Below, piece by piece: positions 8,305 to 18,690 of a DNA stretch of 39,356 nucleotides. A program made the position numbers and the translations under genes. The stretch covers positions 1 to 39,356 of the forward strand of contig CAWEHK010000006.1 in assembly GCA_963808625.1 (NCBI GenBank), read 5' to 3'. A model generated the notes under the pieces. It saw nothing but the letters and a program-made list of their open reading frames with translations, had not been told where the DNA came from and did no database searches. Positions within the stretch are counted from its first letter, which is position 1. Every line of letters starts with the position of its first letter. The stretch comes from an uncultured delta proteobacterium (GTDB taxonomy: Bacteria > Desulfobacterota > Syntrophobacteria > Syntrophobacterales > Syntrophobacteraceae).

Positions 8305-9933
8305 CTACCCCAGAATGTCTTTCAGGTCCGCATCCGGGGTGCTGATCGGTTTGATGCCGTAATTCTTCACCAGCACATCGAGAACATTTGGTGAAGTAAA
8401 GGCCGGAAGCGAGGGTCCGAGCCGAATGTTCTTGATTCCGAGGGCCAGCAGCGTGAGCAGAATGGCCACCGCTTTCTGTTCATACCAGGAAAGGATCATG
8501 GAAAGCGGCAGGTCGTTCACGCCCACTCCAAAGGCCTTGGCGAGAGCCACCGCCACCTGGATTGCGGAGTACGCATCATTGCATTGCCCCACGTCCATCA
8601 GCCGGGGAAGGCCGCCAATGGTTCCCAGGTCCTTGTCAAAGAAGCGGAACTTGCCACAGGCAAGGGTCAACACCACACAGTCCTTGGGCACCTTTTCCAC
8701 AAATTCCGTGTAGTAATTCCGTCCCGGTTTGGCGCCGTCACAGCCGGCGACCAGGAAGAAATGTCGGATGTCCTTGTTCTTGACCGCCTCGATCACCTTG
8801 TCCGCAACACCCAGGATCGTATTCCGGCCAAACCCGACCATCACCTCTTTGCCGTTGCTGTCCTCGGGAAAGCCGGGAAGCCCAAGGGCTTTCTGGATGA
8901 CCGGACTGAAATCCTGATTGGAAACATGGGCTACATCCGGCCAGCCCACCAGGCCAGTGGTGAAGATATTGCCGCTGTAGACCGCCTGCGGTCTCTGGAT
9001 GCAGTTGGTGGTCATCAGAATAGCCCCGGGGAAAGCCGAGAACTCCTTCTGCTGATTCTGCCAGGCCGTCCCATAGTGGCCGTAAAAGTGAGGATACTTC
9101 TTGAGCGCCGGATAGCCGTGAGTGGGCAACATTTCCCCGTGAGTGTAGACGTAAATGCCCTTCCCGGCGGTCTGCTTGAGGAGCTCTTCGAGGTCCTTGA
9201 GGTCATGCCCGGAGACGAGGATGGCTTTGCCCTTCTTGGCCCCGAGCGGCACTTTGGTCGGTACCGGATGGCCGTAGGCACCCGTGTTGGCCGCGTCGAG
9301 CAGTTCCATGGTGCGCAGATTGATTTCCCCGCATTTGAGAACCAGGCCCAGCCAGTCATTCAACGGGAGGTCCTCTCGCAAGGTCGCAGCCAGTGCCTCG
9401 TGGACAAAGGCATAGACCGCGTCGTCTTCCTGGCCGAGGATCTGAGCATGGTCCGCATAGGCCGCGATCCCTTTGATGCCGAAGAGCAGCGTATGCTGCA
9501 ATGACAGGATATCCGGATCGGTGGTGGGATAGGATTTCAGTCCGACTTTCTCACCCTGGGCGACCAGCCCTTCCAAGGTGGCTTCAGGCTTGAAATTGGC
9601 CGCTTCTTCCGCAAAATCCACCTTGCCCCCGGCAGCCTTCACCTTTGCCTTGAGTCCTTCCCTCAAGGTTACGGCGCGATTGAGGAGCGGCACGAAACGG
9701 GCGGGGTCAAAATTCACATTGGTCAGGGTCGAGAACAATGCCTGAACCGTAAAAACATTGACCTCGGGGTCAATTACTCCTGCCTTCCGGCCCTCGATCG
9801 CATACAAGGCAAGGCCCTTCAGAGCATAGGCCAGTAAATCCTGGAGCGCCGATACGTCGTTTGGCTTCCCACAGACGCCGACCTTGGTGCAGCCTTCGCC
9901 TTTTGCTGTCTGTTCACATTGATAACAAAACAT
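8305..9933 (-). CDS. hcp: Hybrid cluster protein (hydroxylamine/NO reductase)
   Basis: MFCYQCEQTAKGEGCTKVGVCGK start, SGHDL, THGEMLP, GCDG, GQCNDAYS, SWYEQKAV. Confidence 0.97.
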   Translation of the reverse strand: MFCYQCEQTAKGEGCTKVGVCGKPNDVSALQDLLAYALKGLALYAIEGRKAGVIDPEVNVFTVQALFSTLTNVNFDPARFVPLLNRAVTLREGLKAKVKAAGGKVDFAEEAANFKPEATLEGLVAQGEKVGLKSYPTTDPDILSLQHTLLFGIKGIAAYADHAQILGQEDDAVYAFVHEALAATLREDLPLNDWLGLVLKCGEINLRTMELLDAANTGAYGHPVPTKVPLGAKKGKAILVSGHDLKDLEELLKQTAGKGIYVYTHGEMLPTHGYPALKKYPHFYGHYGTAWQNQQKEFSAFPGAILMTTNCIQRPQAVYSGNIFTTGLVGWPDVAHVSNQDFSPVIQKALGLPGFPEDSNGKEVMVGFGRNTILGVADKVIEAVKNKDIRHFFLVAGCDGAKPGRNYYTEFVEKVPKDCVVLTLACGKFRFFDKDLGTIGGLPRLMDVGQCNDAYSAIQVAVALAKAFGVGVNDLPLSMILSWYEQKAVAILLTLLALGIKNIRLGPSLPAFTSPNVLDVLVKNYGIKPISTPDADLKDILG

Positions 9934-10034
9934 GTTCTTTCTCCTTTCGATTGACCTGGTTCGACCACCAATTTCGTTCATTACAGCTTCCTGACTTGAC
10001 GCAATCTTTTTAATGTGATCCTTCGAAACTGTCT

Positions 10035-10048
10035 TTGATCTAAATCAA
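10035..10048. promoter_or_regulatory. FNR/HcpR-type operator
   Basis: Perfect TTGAT-CTAA-ATCAA, about 100 nt upstream of hcp in the divergent hcp/hcpR intergenic region. Confidence 0.8.
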
Positions 10049-10301
10049 GAATTGGAAATATTTGAATTTTGCCCTATCCATCGAGTATTCTGAGATCGAG
10101 TCTTCTGTTACTGGATGGGCCGTGGCCCGTGAAGAGGTCGAATTGCCGGTTTCCGTTAAATATAAGGACGGCATCCGGATGGCTGCAAGGGCAGCATGGC
10201 CATTTTCCGGTGTCCCAACCATAATGGCTGTGGCGTTGTGCCGTCTGGTTTTGAGGTCAAAATGGACGGCGCTTCCGTAGTCATCCAAAAAGGAGAAGCC
10301 T

Positions 10302-10988
10302 TTGGAGCTGGTCGATCAGATCACCGAGATCCCACTTTTTAACGGACTACCCCGACCACAGCTCGAGCAGGTCGGGAAGATCGTTGTCGCCAAGAAATAC
10401 CGCAAGGGGCAGACGCTTTTTTCTGAAGGCACCAAGGCCGATGGCTTTTACCTCATCGTGTCGGGAAAGATTAAAGTCTATAAGGTCTCGCTGGAGGGAA
10501 AAGAGCAAATCCTGCACATTTTTTCGAAAGGGGAGTTTTTCGGGGAGGTCCCCGTGTTCGCCGGCGGCAGCTACCCGGCCCATGCCGAGACTCTGGAAGC
10601 GAGTCACGTGCTCTTCATTCCGCGAGAGGCCTTCATCGAGCTCTTACATCGTGAACCTTCCCTGGCGCTCAACATGCTGGGAATCCTGTCTCAGCGTCTG
10701 CGCCGTTTTACCCACCTGATCGAGGACCTTTCCCTGAAGGAAGTGCCCGGGCGACTGGCCGCCTATTTTCTCTACCTCAGCAACCGCAGAAAAGACTCCG
10801 ACACCTTCGAACTCGATATCACCAAGGCCCAGCTCGCCAGTTTTCTGGGAACCATCCCCGAGACGCTCTCCCGCATCCTGGCGCGGATGAGCCAACAGCA
10901 GCTCATCCAGGTGAAAGGTCGAGAGATAAGACTGCTCGACCACGAGGCGCTCGAGAACCTTGCCGCAGGGGAAAAGCTCATCTCTTAG
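10302..10988 (+). CDS. hcpR: Crp/Fnr-family transcriptional regulator (HcpR)
   Basis: cNMP-binding fold (GKEQILHIF, FFGE) and HTH LASFLGTIPETLSR; divergent from hcp; AAGGAG RBS before TTG. Confidence 0.88.
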   Translation: MELVDQITEIPLFNGLPRPQLEQVGKIVVAKKYRKGQTLFSEGTKADGFYLIVSGKIKVYKVSLEGKEQILHIFSKGEFFGEVPVFAGGSYPAHAETLEASHVLFIPREAFIELLHREPSLALNMLGILSQRLRRFTHLIEDLSLKEVPGRLAAYFLYLSNRRKDSDTFELDITKAQLASFLGTIPETLSRILARMSQQQLIQVKGREIRLLDHEALENLAAGEKLIS

Positions 10989-11170
10989 GATAATGTCGGT
11001 TTTTTCCGTTTTTTTGGTGGCAGGCTGCTCAAAAGAAGATTATCATCCCTGCCGAAAATCGTCTTCGTGCTTAACAGTTCGATGTCTTTGGGATTTACAC
11101 TGCCGGTCAGGGCCACCGCGGGAAGGGCCGACAACACCATTGCAGGGCAATGTCTTGAGGGATCGTCAAC

Positions 11171-11660
11171 ATGGAATATAAAGTAGCTTTCCTGGTCCTC
11201 CTGGTCGAGCTTATCGCCGGCATTTTGGTTTTTGTCTACTGGCGTCGTCACAAGAGCGAGCTCAATCTTGCCAAGGAGGAATTCGCACAGATTTTCAAGA
11301 AAAAATCTTGAGGAAGGCACTCTTTTGCAGCAGCTGGAGGATATCGCGGCGGGAAAGATCTCCGTTTACCAGCGCCCGAAATCGCTGATGATTTACGTCT
11401 GGACGGGGGTCTCGGCGGTCCTCGGGGTGGCCGTGATTTTTGTCGTTGCGCGCTTGATCGGGGCGGGTCTAATCATCAGGACCATTGTTGGCATCCTTTC
11501 AATCCTGCCCTTTATCTATTTCGTTGCCGTTGCCATCGCCGAGGAGTTTGACGACAACAGCATTTCCCGCTTCGAACGGAACACCAGCCGGCAACTCCTC
11601 ATGAAAAGCCAGGAAGGATCGATCGAGAACGATATCAGCGAGATGCTTCGAGATGCTTGA
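11171..11660 (+). pseudogene. Hypothetical membrane protein with one frameshift at A6 (11300-11305)
   Basis: MEYKVAFLVLLVELIAGILVFVYWRRHK... joins NLEEGTLLQQ... plus two further TM segments if one A is removed. Confidence 0.55.
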
Positions 11661-11728
11661 ACAATGACCATCGCTCCCCGGCAAGAACGCAAAGAACCCC
11701 GAGGAAGCTATTCTTGCCTGGATAGTTC

Positions 11729-11863
11729 CCATCCGGAAACCCACCTATTGCGTAGGGGCGGGCTTTACGCCCGCCCGAAATCGTCAATGAATCCGTCACC
11801 TTTCGGGAGGGGATAAACCCCTCCCCTACGATCTAAATTCAGATCTGCAGAGTTTCCGGATGG
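11729..11863. mobile_element. MITE-like element with GTAG-type REP doublet
   Basis: Perfect 12-bp TIR CCATCCGGAAAC / GTTTCCGGATGG enclosing CGTAGGGGCGGG ... CCCTCCCCTACG. Confidence 0.75.
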
Positions 11864-11897
11864 AAACGGAATAGGGCGTCCCCAGCCAGGGCCTTTC

Positions 11898-12479
11898 TCA
11901 GGGTTTTGCCTTCTTGATTTCCATCCCGACGCTGAAGGCCTCAGCCAGCCTCTGACCAAACGTATAATAGGTTTTCTCGGCCCCGGTGCAATAGATCAGC
12001 GGGTTGATCTTCGTCACATCCGGCTCGCCATTCACGAGGCAGTCTTCGCTGACATGGACTTCTTCGATCTGGCCGACCACCAGCGCATGACTGCCGAGAT
12101 GCAGCATGTGCATCACCTTGCATTCCAGATTGACGGGGCATTGTTCGATCATCGGCGCGGTTTTCAGCACTCCATAAAAAATCGTGAAAGCGCAGGCGGC
12201 CACCTTGTCTTCCTTGGCGCCCGAGACAATGCCGCAATAATCGGTTTCCTTCACGATCTCTGCGGAGGGAACATTTACCGAGAAGGAGCCGTTCTCTTTG
12301 ATTCCCTTCAACGTGAAACGATGATGCTGGAGGGCGACGGTGAGCATCGGAGGATTGCTGCAGGCAATCCCGCTCCAGGCGGCAGTCATAAAATTAGGCT
12401 TGCCGTCAACATTTGCGCCGATAAGGAAAGCGGGCATGGGATAGAGCAGCGTCCTCGGGCCAAGTTGGGTTTTTTTCAT
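11898..12479 (-). CDS. Flavin reductase family protein (flavoredoxin-like)
   Basis: LYPMPAFLIG, KPNFMTAAW, FSVNVP, DYCGIVSG, APMIEQCPVNLEC. Confidence 0.93.
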   Translation of the reverse strand: MKKTQLGPRTLLYPMPAFLIGANVDGKPNFMTAAWSGIACSNPPMLTVALQHHRFTLKGIKENGSFSVNVPSAEIVKETDYCGIVSGAKEDKVAACAFTIFYGVLKTAPMIEQCPVNLECKVMHMLHLGSHALVVGQIEEVHVSEDCLVNGEPDVTKINPLIYCTGAEKTYYTFGQRLAEAFSVGMEIKKAKP

Positions 12480-12481
12480 CT

Positions 12482-13171
12482 TTACCGTCTCCTTTTGCCA
12501 ACAGGTATGATGTAGAGTGGTTCTTCCGTCGCCATCAGGTGCATGACCTTTTTTACCGCATCATCGTTGAAAGCGCCGATCACGACCGTCCCCAGGTCCA
12601 GGGAAACCGCCTGCAGGCAAACATTTTGCGCGGCATGACCGGCTTCCATGTGCACATAACGAATTCCGCGGTCCCGATACTTCTGCGTCGTGCGCTCGAA
12701 AATTGCCGTCACCACGATGGATACGGGCGCCTGCTTGAGGGCCGCTTGACTGAGCGCGGCGGCGTACAGTTCCGACCGTTTGTCTCCATCCCCAACCTGG
12801 ATCAACTCGTGTCCGCGCGGCTTATAGCGGTAGATCCCGGCGGGGAGCGCGGCCACCTTTCCCGCAACGACATAGACTTCCAGGGGGTAGAGGGCTCCGG
12901 CCGAGGGCGCACTGCGATACCCGGCAGGATCGGTGAGCCCCTGCGCGGCCCAGAGCAGTTGCGACACCTCGGCAAGCGTCACGGGTTCGTCCGCATAATC
13001 CCGGATCGATCGTCTCTCGAAGAGCGCCTTTTCGACCGAGACCTTGCCGTCAAACTTCGGTTCCGGGAGCTTCAGCGGCTCTGCCAGAGCGGACCGTAAC
13101 CCTCCGGAAAAAACCGGCAGGATCAGGCCAAACGTAATGAACGCCATCACCACCAGGATGCTTGTACTCAT
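12482..13171 (-). CDS. SagB/ThcOx-like nitroreductase family protein
   Basis: RRSIRDY, LLWAAQG, RSAPSAGALYPLE, EAGHAAQN, GTVVIGAF; N-terminal hydrophobic signal. Confidence 0.92.
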   Translation of the reverse strand: MSTSILVVMAFITFGLILPVFSGGLRSALAEPLKLPEPKFDGKVSVEKALFERRSIRDYADEPVTLAEVSQLLWAAQGLTDPAGYRSAPSAGALYPLEVYVVAGKVAALPAGIYRYKPRGHELIQVGDGDKRSELYAAALSQAALKQAPVSIVVTAIFERTTQKYRDRGIRYVHMEAGHAAQNVCLQAVSLDLGTVVIGAFNDDAVKKVMHLMATEEPLYIIPVGKRRR

Positions 13172-13453
13172 CGCACGCCCTCCTCCCTTTCTCCCCCTGT
13201 CGCACATCGTTTGTCTATTCAGGTTCGCACCGCGCAGCAGAAATCCTCATCCGTTATTGGTGGGCACGTCTTTTGGTGCCCACCGGGTCAGTTACAGCCG
13301 TTCGTTCAACTGTACTATGGTATGTTGTAGCCCGAGTCAAGGTGCTTGTCAGGAGGCGTCAGGCGCCTGGCAGTGTTCGCATGCAGACCTTCCCGTGATG
13401 GCCCAGAATGAGTCCCGCTATGCGTTTGCCTATTATGCGCCGCGATTTCCTGC

Positions 13454-13482
13454 TTGACACCTCAGGGGGTGCATGATAGAAA
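13454..13482 (+). promoter_or_regulatory. Sigma70-type promoter for tRNA-Lys
   Basis: TTGACA-17 nt-TAGAAA with TG extension, about 26 nt upstream of the tRNA. Confidence 0.55.
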
Positions 13483-13508
13483 GACAGGTCTGCCAAAGCG
13501 GCAGCGGT

Positions 13509-13584
13509 GGGCCGTTAACTCAGGAGGTAGAGTATCTGCCTTTTAAGCAGAGAGTCGCCGGTTCGAATCCAGCACGGCCCACCA
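13509..13584 (+). tRNA. tRNA-Lys (anticodon TTT)
   Basis: Acceptor GGGCCGT/ACGGCCC, anticodon stem TCTGC-CTTTTAA-GCAGA, T-loop GGTTCGAATCC, encoded CCA; 76 nt. Confidence 0.97.
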
Positions 13585-13650
13585 GTTCAATCACCAGCTC
13601 AGTCCTCCTTTCCCAACTCAAGCTTCATTCTGAATGAGATTTTGCCCAAT

Positions 13651-13792
13651 ACCATACTCGTTAAGGCTTAGGATCTGCTCCCTGTAGGGGCGGCACTTTG
13701 CCGCGACCTCGTTGAAATCGCGCCTCAGAGGCGCTCCTACAAGGAAGCGGTGGCTCCAACAGAGTGAAAGATCTCAACCTTAAGCGGAATAG
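13651..13792. mobile_element. MITE-like element, family B copy 2
   Basis: ATACTCGTTAAGG...TGTAGGGGCGGCACTTTGCCGCGACCT...AAATCGCGCCTCAGAGGCGCTCCTACA...AAAGATCTCAACCTTAA; colinear with 6060-6202. Confidence 0.8.
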
Positions 13793-13818
13793 AATGATCC
13801 TTTGAGGAAGGATGCAAA

Positions 13819-13887
13819 ACTTGTGGGGCAGGCTTTCCAGCCTGCCATGACTGAATTGGCAGGCTGGAAAGCCTGCCCCACACAAGT
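13819..13887. repeat. GTGG-type REP doublet
   Basis: TGTGGGGCAGGCTTTCCAGCCTGCCA ... TGGCAGGCTGGAAAGCCTGCCCCACA perfect inverted pair. Confidence 0.8.
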
Positions 13888-13996
13888 ACCAAAACCCAAA
13901 AGAGATCAACTGATTCTTGGACAGCTCCCTGGTGCCATGTCAGGAGTCGCTGCGGTGTTGCGGTGTTGAAGAAAACGTACGAGGAGAAGGGAAGAA

Positions 13997-14332
13997 ATGA
14001 GCACCGGTATTGTATACTCGACGTCACACGGCAGGATGTGCCCCACCTGCGCCAGGCCCATCGCCGAATGCGTATGCAAAAAGAAAAAGGCCATACCGGA
14101 AGGCGACGGCGTGGTGAGAGTCGGGAGAGAAACGAAAGGACGCAAAGGGAAGGGGGTGACGGTGATTACCGGGGTCCCTCTTCATGAAACGGAGCTCAAA
14201 GAGCTGGCGAAACAGCTCAAAGCAAGGTGCGGCGCTGGCGGAACCGTGAAGGACGGCGTCATCGAAATCCAGGGCGACCATCGAGAGGTCCTGCTGGAAG
14301 AGCTGAGAAAACGCGGCTGGAAGGTAAAATGA
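13997..14332 (+). CDS. yciH: Translation initiation factor SUI1 family
   Basis: VYST, RETKGRKGKGVTVITG, CGAGGTVKDGVIEIQGDHR. Confidence 0.95.
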   Translation: MSTGIVYSTSHGRMCPTCARPIAECVCKKKKAIPEGDGVVRVGRETKGRKGKGVTVITGVPLHETELKELAKQLKARCGAGGTVKDGVIEIQGDHREVLLEELRKRGWKVK

Positions 14333-14362
14333 GCAACTTCCTGACAGGAGTGAGGATTCCAA

Positions 14363-14928
14363 ATGCAAAAGCAGAATATCGATACCAACGTTTATTTGTA
14401 CCCGATGCCGGTTGTGCTGCTGGGAGCGGAGGTGCAGGGAAAACCCAATTTTATGACCGTCGGCTGGGTCAGCCGGGTGAATTTCAAGCCTCCCATGATC
14501 GCCGTCGGCATCAACAAGGCCCACTACACTCCGGGAGGGATTTTGAGAACCGAGCTTTCAGCATCAACATCCCAGGGAAATCGATGGTCGGGGTGACCGA
14601 CTACTGTGGGCTCGTGTCGGGGAGAAAAGTCGACAAAGCAAGGCTCTTTGAGGTTTTCTACGGAGCATTGCAGGGGGCTCCCATGATCACGGAATGCCCC
14701 TTGAATATGGAGTGTGGCCTGGTTGATACGGTGGATCTTCCGTCAAACTACCTCTTTATCGGTGAAATAGTGGGGGCCTATTGTGGCGAGGAGTTCATGA
14801 CGGATGGCAATCCGGACATCAGGAAGATTGATCCTTTGGTCCTGACCATGCCCGATAACAGCTACTGGGGCGTCGGTGAATTCATTGCCAAGGCCTGGAA
14901 TGTCGGTAAGGAGCTGAAGAAGGTCTAA
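14363..14928 (+). pseudogene. Flavin reductase family protein with one frameshift near 14541-14544
   Basis: LYPMPVVLLG...KPNFMTVGW in one frame and ENRAFSINIP...DYCGLVSG...APMITECPLNMEC in the next; shift in a T run. Confidence 0.85.
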
Positions 14929-14997
14929 CGGGAAAGGATGTCCGGTGGGTACGCAACAGCACTAGTCCCATAGCTTCTTGCGTGGCCGGAGGGGGCC

Positions 14998-15186
14998 CCC
15001 CCAGATGCATCAAGCCAACTTTTCTGCCCTGAAGGGGCTCCATAAATTAGCCCAGGGTAAGCGATAGCGCCACCCTGGGAAGCCAAGTTCAACACGAATA
15101 TCTACCCTGAAAGGGTTACAGAAAACATCACGATATAACGATTTATCAAACCTTTCCGGGTAAGGGAAAAGGAGATTGGGCTTCCC
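14998..15186. mobile_element. Family A element copy 2, inverted and truncated
   Basis: Reverse complement aligns with about 4022-4213, including the ATGCATCAAGC end. Confidence 0.8.
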
Positions 15187-15214
15187 AGCCCTCACTTGCC
15201 AAAGGAGCACGGTT

Positions 15215-16454
15215 ATGGACAGAACCTTTTGCGACATCCACATGCACGCCATGGACCTGAGCCATCCCAACGTGCTGGCCTTTACCAGGCGGATCAAGAC
15301 GGTAATCCCGAAGCTTTTATTCAGCGGAGACGCCGAGATGTTCCTGCATGCGAGTAAGAAGAATCTTTTCAATCTTCTCACCGTAATGGAGAACAGCATC
15401 GAGGACTACTTCATCCTCATGGAGTACTTCCTCAAGAACAAAGATCCGAGACCGACCGCAGGCGGCGCCATCAAGGATCGGGACGCGGGAGTTCGACACC
15501 ATCCTCTTAACCCCCTTGATCGTGGACTTCGGCCTCAAGCAGATCAAGACCAATACCTTCTACAACACGGCCCTGGGGAAGCCGGTCGTCGGGCAGACGG
15601 TCGATATCCTCAACGCCATCAGAAAATACAGCCGCTTCAAATTCGCCCCCAAGCCCGGGAACGATCCGGAGGGGACGACGGTTCCCCGCAGCTCCACGCC
15701 CCTTTTCGAGATCTACCCGTTCCTGGGGATCAATACGCGGCACTATGACCTTTCTGAGGTGAAGGAGCTGCTCGACCGCTGCTTTCCGGTTACACCGGCA
15801 GGAGGGACGACCTCCACCGGCAGATGGGGACATTCGACGGCGACATCACGAAGGTGGGGAGCAACGTCTTTGCCGGCATCAAGCTCTATCCGCCCTTGGG
15901 GTTCGATCCCTGGCCGAAAGACGAGCCGAATGAAATGAAGAAGGTGAAGTACCTGTATGCTCTCTGTCAAGACAAGCAGATACCAATCACAGCTCACTGC
16001 AACGACGGCGGTTTTGCCCTGGACAAACAAAGCAGGGAGTACAGCAACCCGGACCGATGGCGTCAGGTGCTCGGTGCCTTCCGGCTGCTCAAACTGAACC
16101 TTGCTCATCTAGGTAACCAATGGAAATGGTTAAAAGTTCTTCCACGGCATGGCTGGCGTGACACCGTCATCGAACTGGTCTGTACCTTCAACAACGTCTA
16201 TACCGACATCTCCTGCCTTGCCTTTGACGACGATTTCTACGTTGAGTTGAATCGAACTACTCGAGGACGCTGATCCTGCGACGCGGGACAAGCTATGCCG
16301 ACGCATCCTGTTCGGCTCCGATTACATGATGAATCTGGTGCAGGCGCGGTCGTACAACGACTATCTGGAAACGTTCATCAGGACGCAGCAGATTGAGGAT
16401 GAGCTCAAGGTGCTGCTGTGCAATGAGAATGCCGTGAGGTTCTTGTTTCGTTAA
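15215..16454 (+). pseudogene. Amidohydrolase family protein (Amidohydro_2-like) with at least 3 frameshifts
   Basis: DIHMH, GIKLYPPLGF, PITAHC, LNLAHLG, NVYTDIS, RILFGSDY, NENAVRFLF spread over four frame segments; AAGGAG RBS. Confidence 0.8.
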
Positions 16455-16583
16455 AGGTTTCAGGAAAGCCCCTGTTGACACCGAAGGGTGTCTTTTATAG
16501 TCTGAAAGGACTCCCGGTTTACAGCCGACCGGAAATTCAATCTCATCGCATCACAGGATTTAAAGGAGGAGGGCGATTTACTC

Positions 16584-17786
16584 ATGAGTGCTGACGCATC
16601 CACGATCGATCCAAAGGATTTCAGAGACATCGACCCCGGCGACCGGCTTCTCATGGGACCGGGGCCGAGCGACGTTCCGGCAAGGGTGCTGCAGGCGATG
16701 GCCGCACCCTGCATCGGGCACCTGGACCCCTATTTCCTGGAAACGATGAACGAGACGCAGCAACTGCTGCGCCATCTCTTCCAGACGCAAAACGCCCTAA
16801 CCATCCCGGTTTCCGCCACCGGCAGCGCCGGCATGGAAGCCTGCTTCGTCAATCTGGTGGAGCCCGGCGACGAGGTGGTGGTCGCCGTGAACGGCGTGTT
16901 CGGCACGCGCATGTGCGACATCGTCAATCGCATCGGCGGCAAACTGGTCAAGGTCGACGGCGAATGGGGCCGGGCGGTCGACCCGGAGGCGGTGGCCAGG
17001 GCGGTGAAGGGATGCAAGCCCAAGGTCGTAGCCGTGGTGCACGCCGAGACCTCGACCGGCGCCTGCACACCGCTGGAAGACCTCGCGAAAATCGCCCACG
17101 AAGCCGGGGCGCTTTTCCTGGTGGACTGCGTCACCTCGCTTGGCGGGATCGATGTGCCCATCGACCGGCTGAACGTCGATGCGGCCTATAGCGGCACCCA
17201 GAAGTGCATCTCCTGCCCGCCGGGGCTTTCTCCGGTGACCTTCAGCGCCGCGGCGGTCAAGGCCCTCGATCAGCGGAAACATCCCGTGGTGAGCTGGTAT
17301 CTCGATTTCAGCATGATCCGCGACTACTGGGGCAACGAGCGCAAGTATCACCACACCGCACCGGTCAACATGATCTACGCCATCCGCGAGGCGTTGCGAA
17401 TCATCGCCGAGGAGGGGCTCGAAGCGCGCTTTGCGCGGCATCGGCTGAACCACCGCGCCCTGGTTGCCGGGGTCGAAGCCATGGGGCTTTCGATGCTGGT
17501 CCCCGAGAAAGAGCGGCTGCCGATGCTGAATGCCATTCGCATCCCGGACGGGGTAAACGATCTCAAGGTGCGCAAGGCTCTGCTCAACGACTTTGCCATC
17601 GAGATCGGCGGCGGGCTGGGCCAGTTCGCCGGCAAGGTCTGGCGCGTCGGACTGATGGGCCATTCCTGTCGCCGCAAGAACGTGTTCCTATTCCTGGCCG
17701 CGCTGGAAACCGTGCTCAAAGCCGAGGGCTTCAAGGCCCGCCCGGGCGCCATCGAGGCGGCGACGGCGGTTTATGCGTCGGCATGA
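16584..17786 (+). CDS. Alanine-glyoxylate / serine-pyruvate aminotransferase (class V PLP)
   Basis: LLMGPGP, VHAETSTG, VDCVTSLGG, SGTQKCISCPPG, YHHTAP, WRVGLMG. Confidence 0.95.
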   Translation: MSADASTIDPKDFRDIDPGDRLLMGPGPSDVPARVLQAMAAPCIGHLDPYFLETMNETQQLLRHLFQTQNALTIPVSATGSAGMEACFVNLVEPGDEVVVAVNGVFGTRMCDIVNRIGGKLVKVDGEWGRAVDPEAVARAVKGCKPKVVAVVHAETSTGACTPLEDLAKIAHEAGALFLVDCVTSLGGIDVPIDRLNVDAAYSGTQKCISCPPGLSPVTFSAAAVKALDQRKHPVVSWYLDFSMIRDYWGNERKYHHTAPVNMIYAIREALRIIAEEGLEARFARHRLNHRALVAGVEAMGLSMLVPEKERLPMLNAIRIPDGVNDLKVRKALLNDFAIEIGGGLGQFAGKVWRVGLMGHSCRRKNVFLFLAALETVLKAEGFKARPGAIEAATAVYASA

Positions 17787-17797
17787 GGAGAAAGCGA

Positions 17798-18690
17798 ATG
17801 AGCCGGGTTGCATTCGTCAGGACCAATGACAGAAGGCAGGGCGTGAAAGCCGCTCTGGGCGGTTTGGGAACCAATCCGGTCAAAGGGAAGGAAGTCCTGA
17901 TCAAGCCCAACTTCAACACCGCCGATGCCTGTCCGGGTTCCACGCACAACGATACGCTGGTTGCCATTGTCGATGAACTTTGGGGGATGGGGGCAAAGGC
18001 GATCAGTTTGGGGGAGCGGAGCTATCCTCCGACCATTCAGGTTATGGAGGAGAAAGGGATCGTTCCTCTCATGCGGGAACGAGACGTTTCGATCATCAAC
18101 TTCGATGACCTCGAAAAATCGGACTGGATCGAGTTCAGGCCCAAAGACAGTCACTGGCCGCATGGATACCGAATCGCTCGACCGATCCTGGAAGCCGAGT
18201 GCCTGGTTTCCACCTGCTGTCTCAAGACCCACCAGTATGGGGGCGTATTCACCATGTCGCTCAAACTCCATGTCGGGGTAGTTCCAACTTCGCGCCATGG
18301 CTTCAATTATATGACCGAACTCCACGGATCACCGCACCAGCGCAAAATGATCGCTGAGCTCAATGCGCCGTTCCAACCCGGTCTCGTGATCCTTGATGGG
18401 ATAGACGCTTTCATCGATGGCGGTCCAATGAGCGGGAAACGTGCCAGGGGTGAGGTTTTCCTGGCTTCATCCGATCGCGTGGCCATCGATGCAGTGGGCG
18501 TTGCAGTCCTGAAGGTCCTCGGCAGCAATCCGGCGATCATGAACCGGAAGATATTCGACCAGGAGCAGATCGCAAGGGCCGCAGAGCTTGGCCTGGGAGC
18601 GTCGTCTCCCTCCGAGATTGAGTTATCGCCCATTGATGAAGGCAGTCGAGAATACTGTGCGAACGTTCAAGACATGCTGGAAGGGGCTGA
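17798..18690 (+). CDS. DUF362 domain-containing protein
   Basis: VLIKPNFN, LKTHQYGG.FTMSLK, ILDGI, DRVAIDAVG; the likely natural stop TGA at 18688-18690 is out of frame by one base relative to the duplicate copy (DMLDRG-stop). Confidence 0.85.

Noticed and set aside
13509..13584. tRNA-Lys as the attachment site of an integrated element
   Set aside because: I saw no duplicate of the tRNA 3' end and no adjacent integrase in the window
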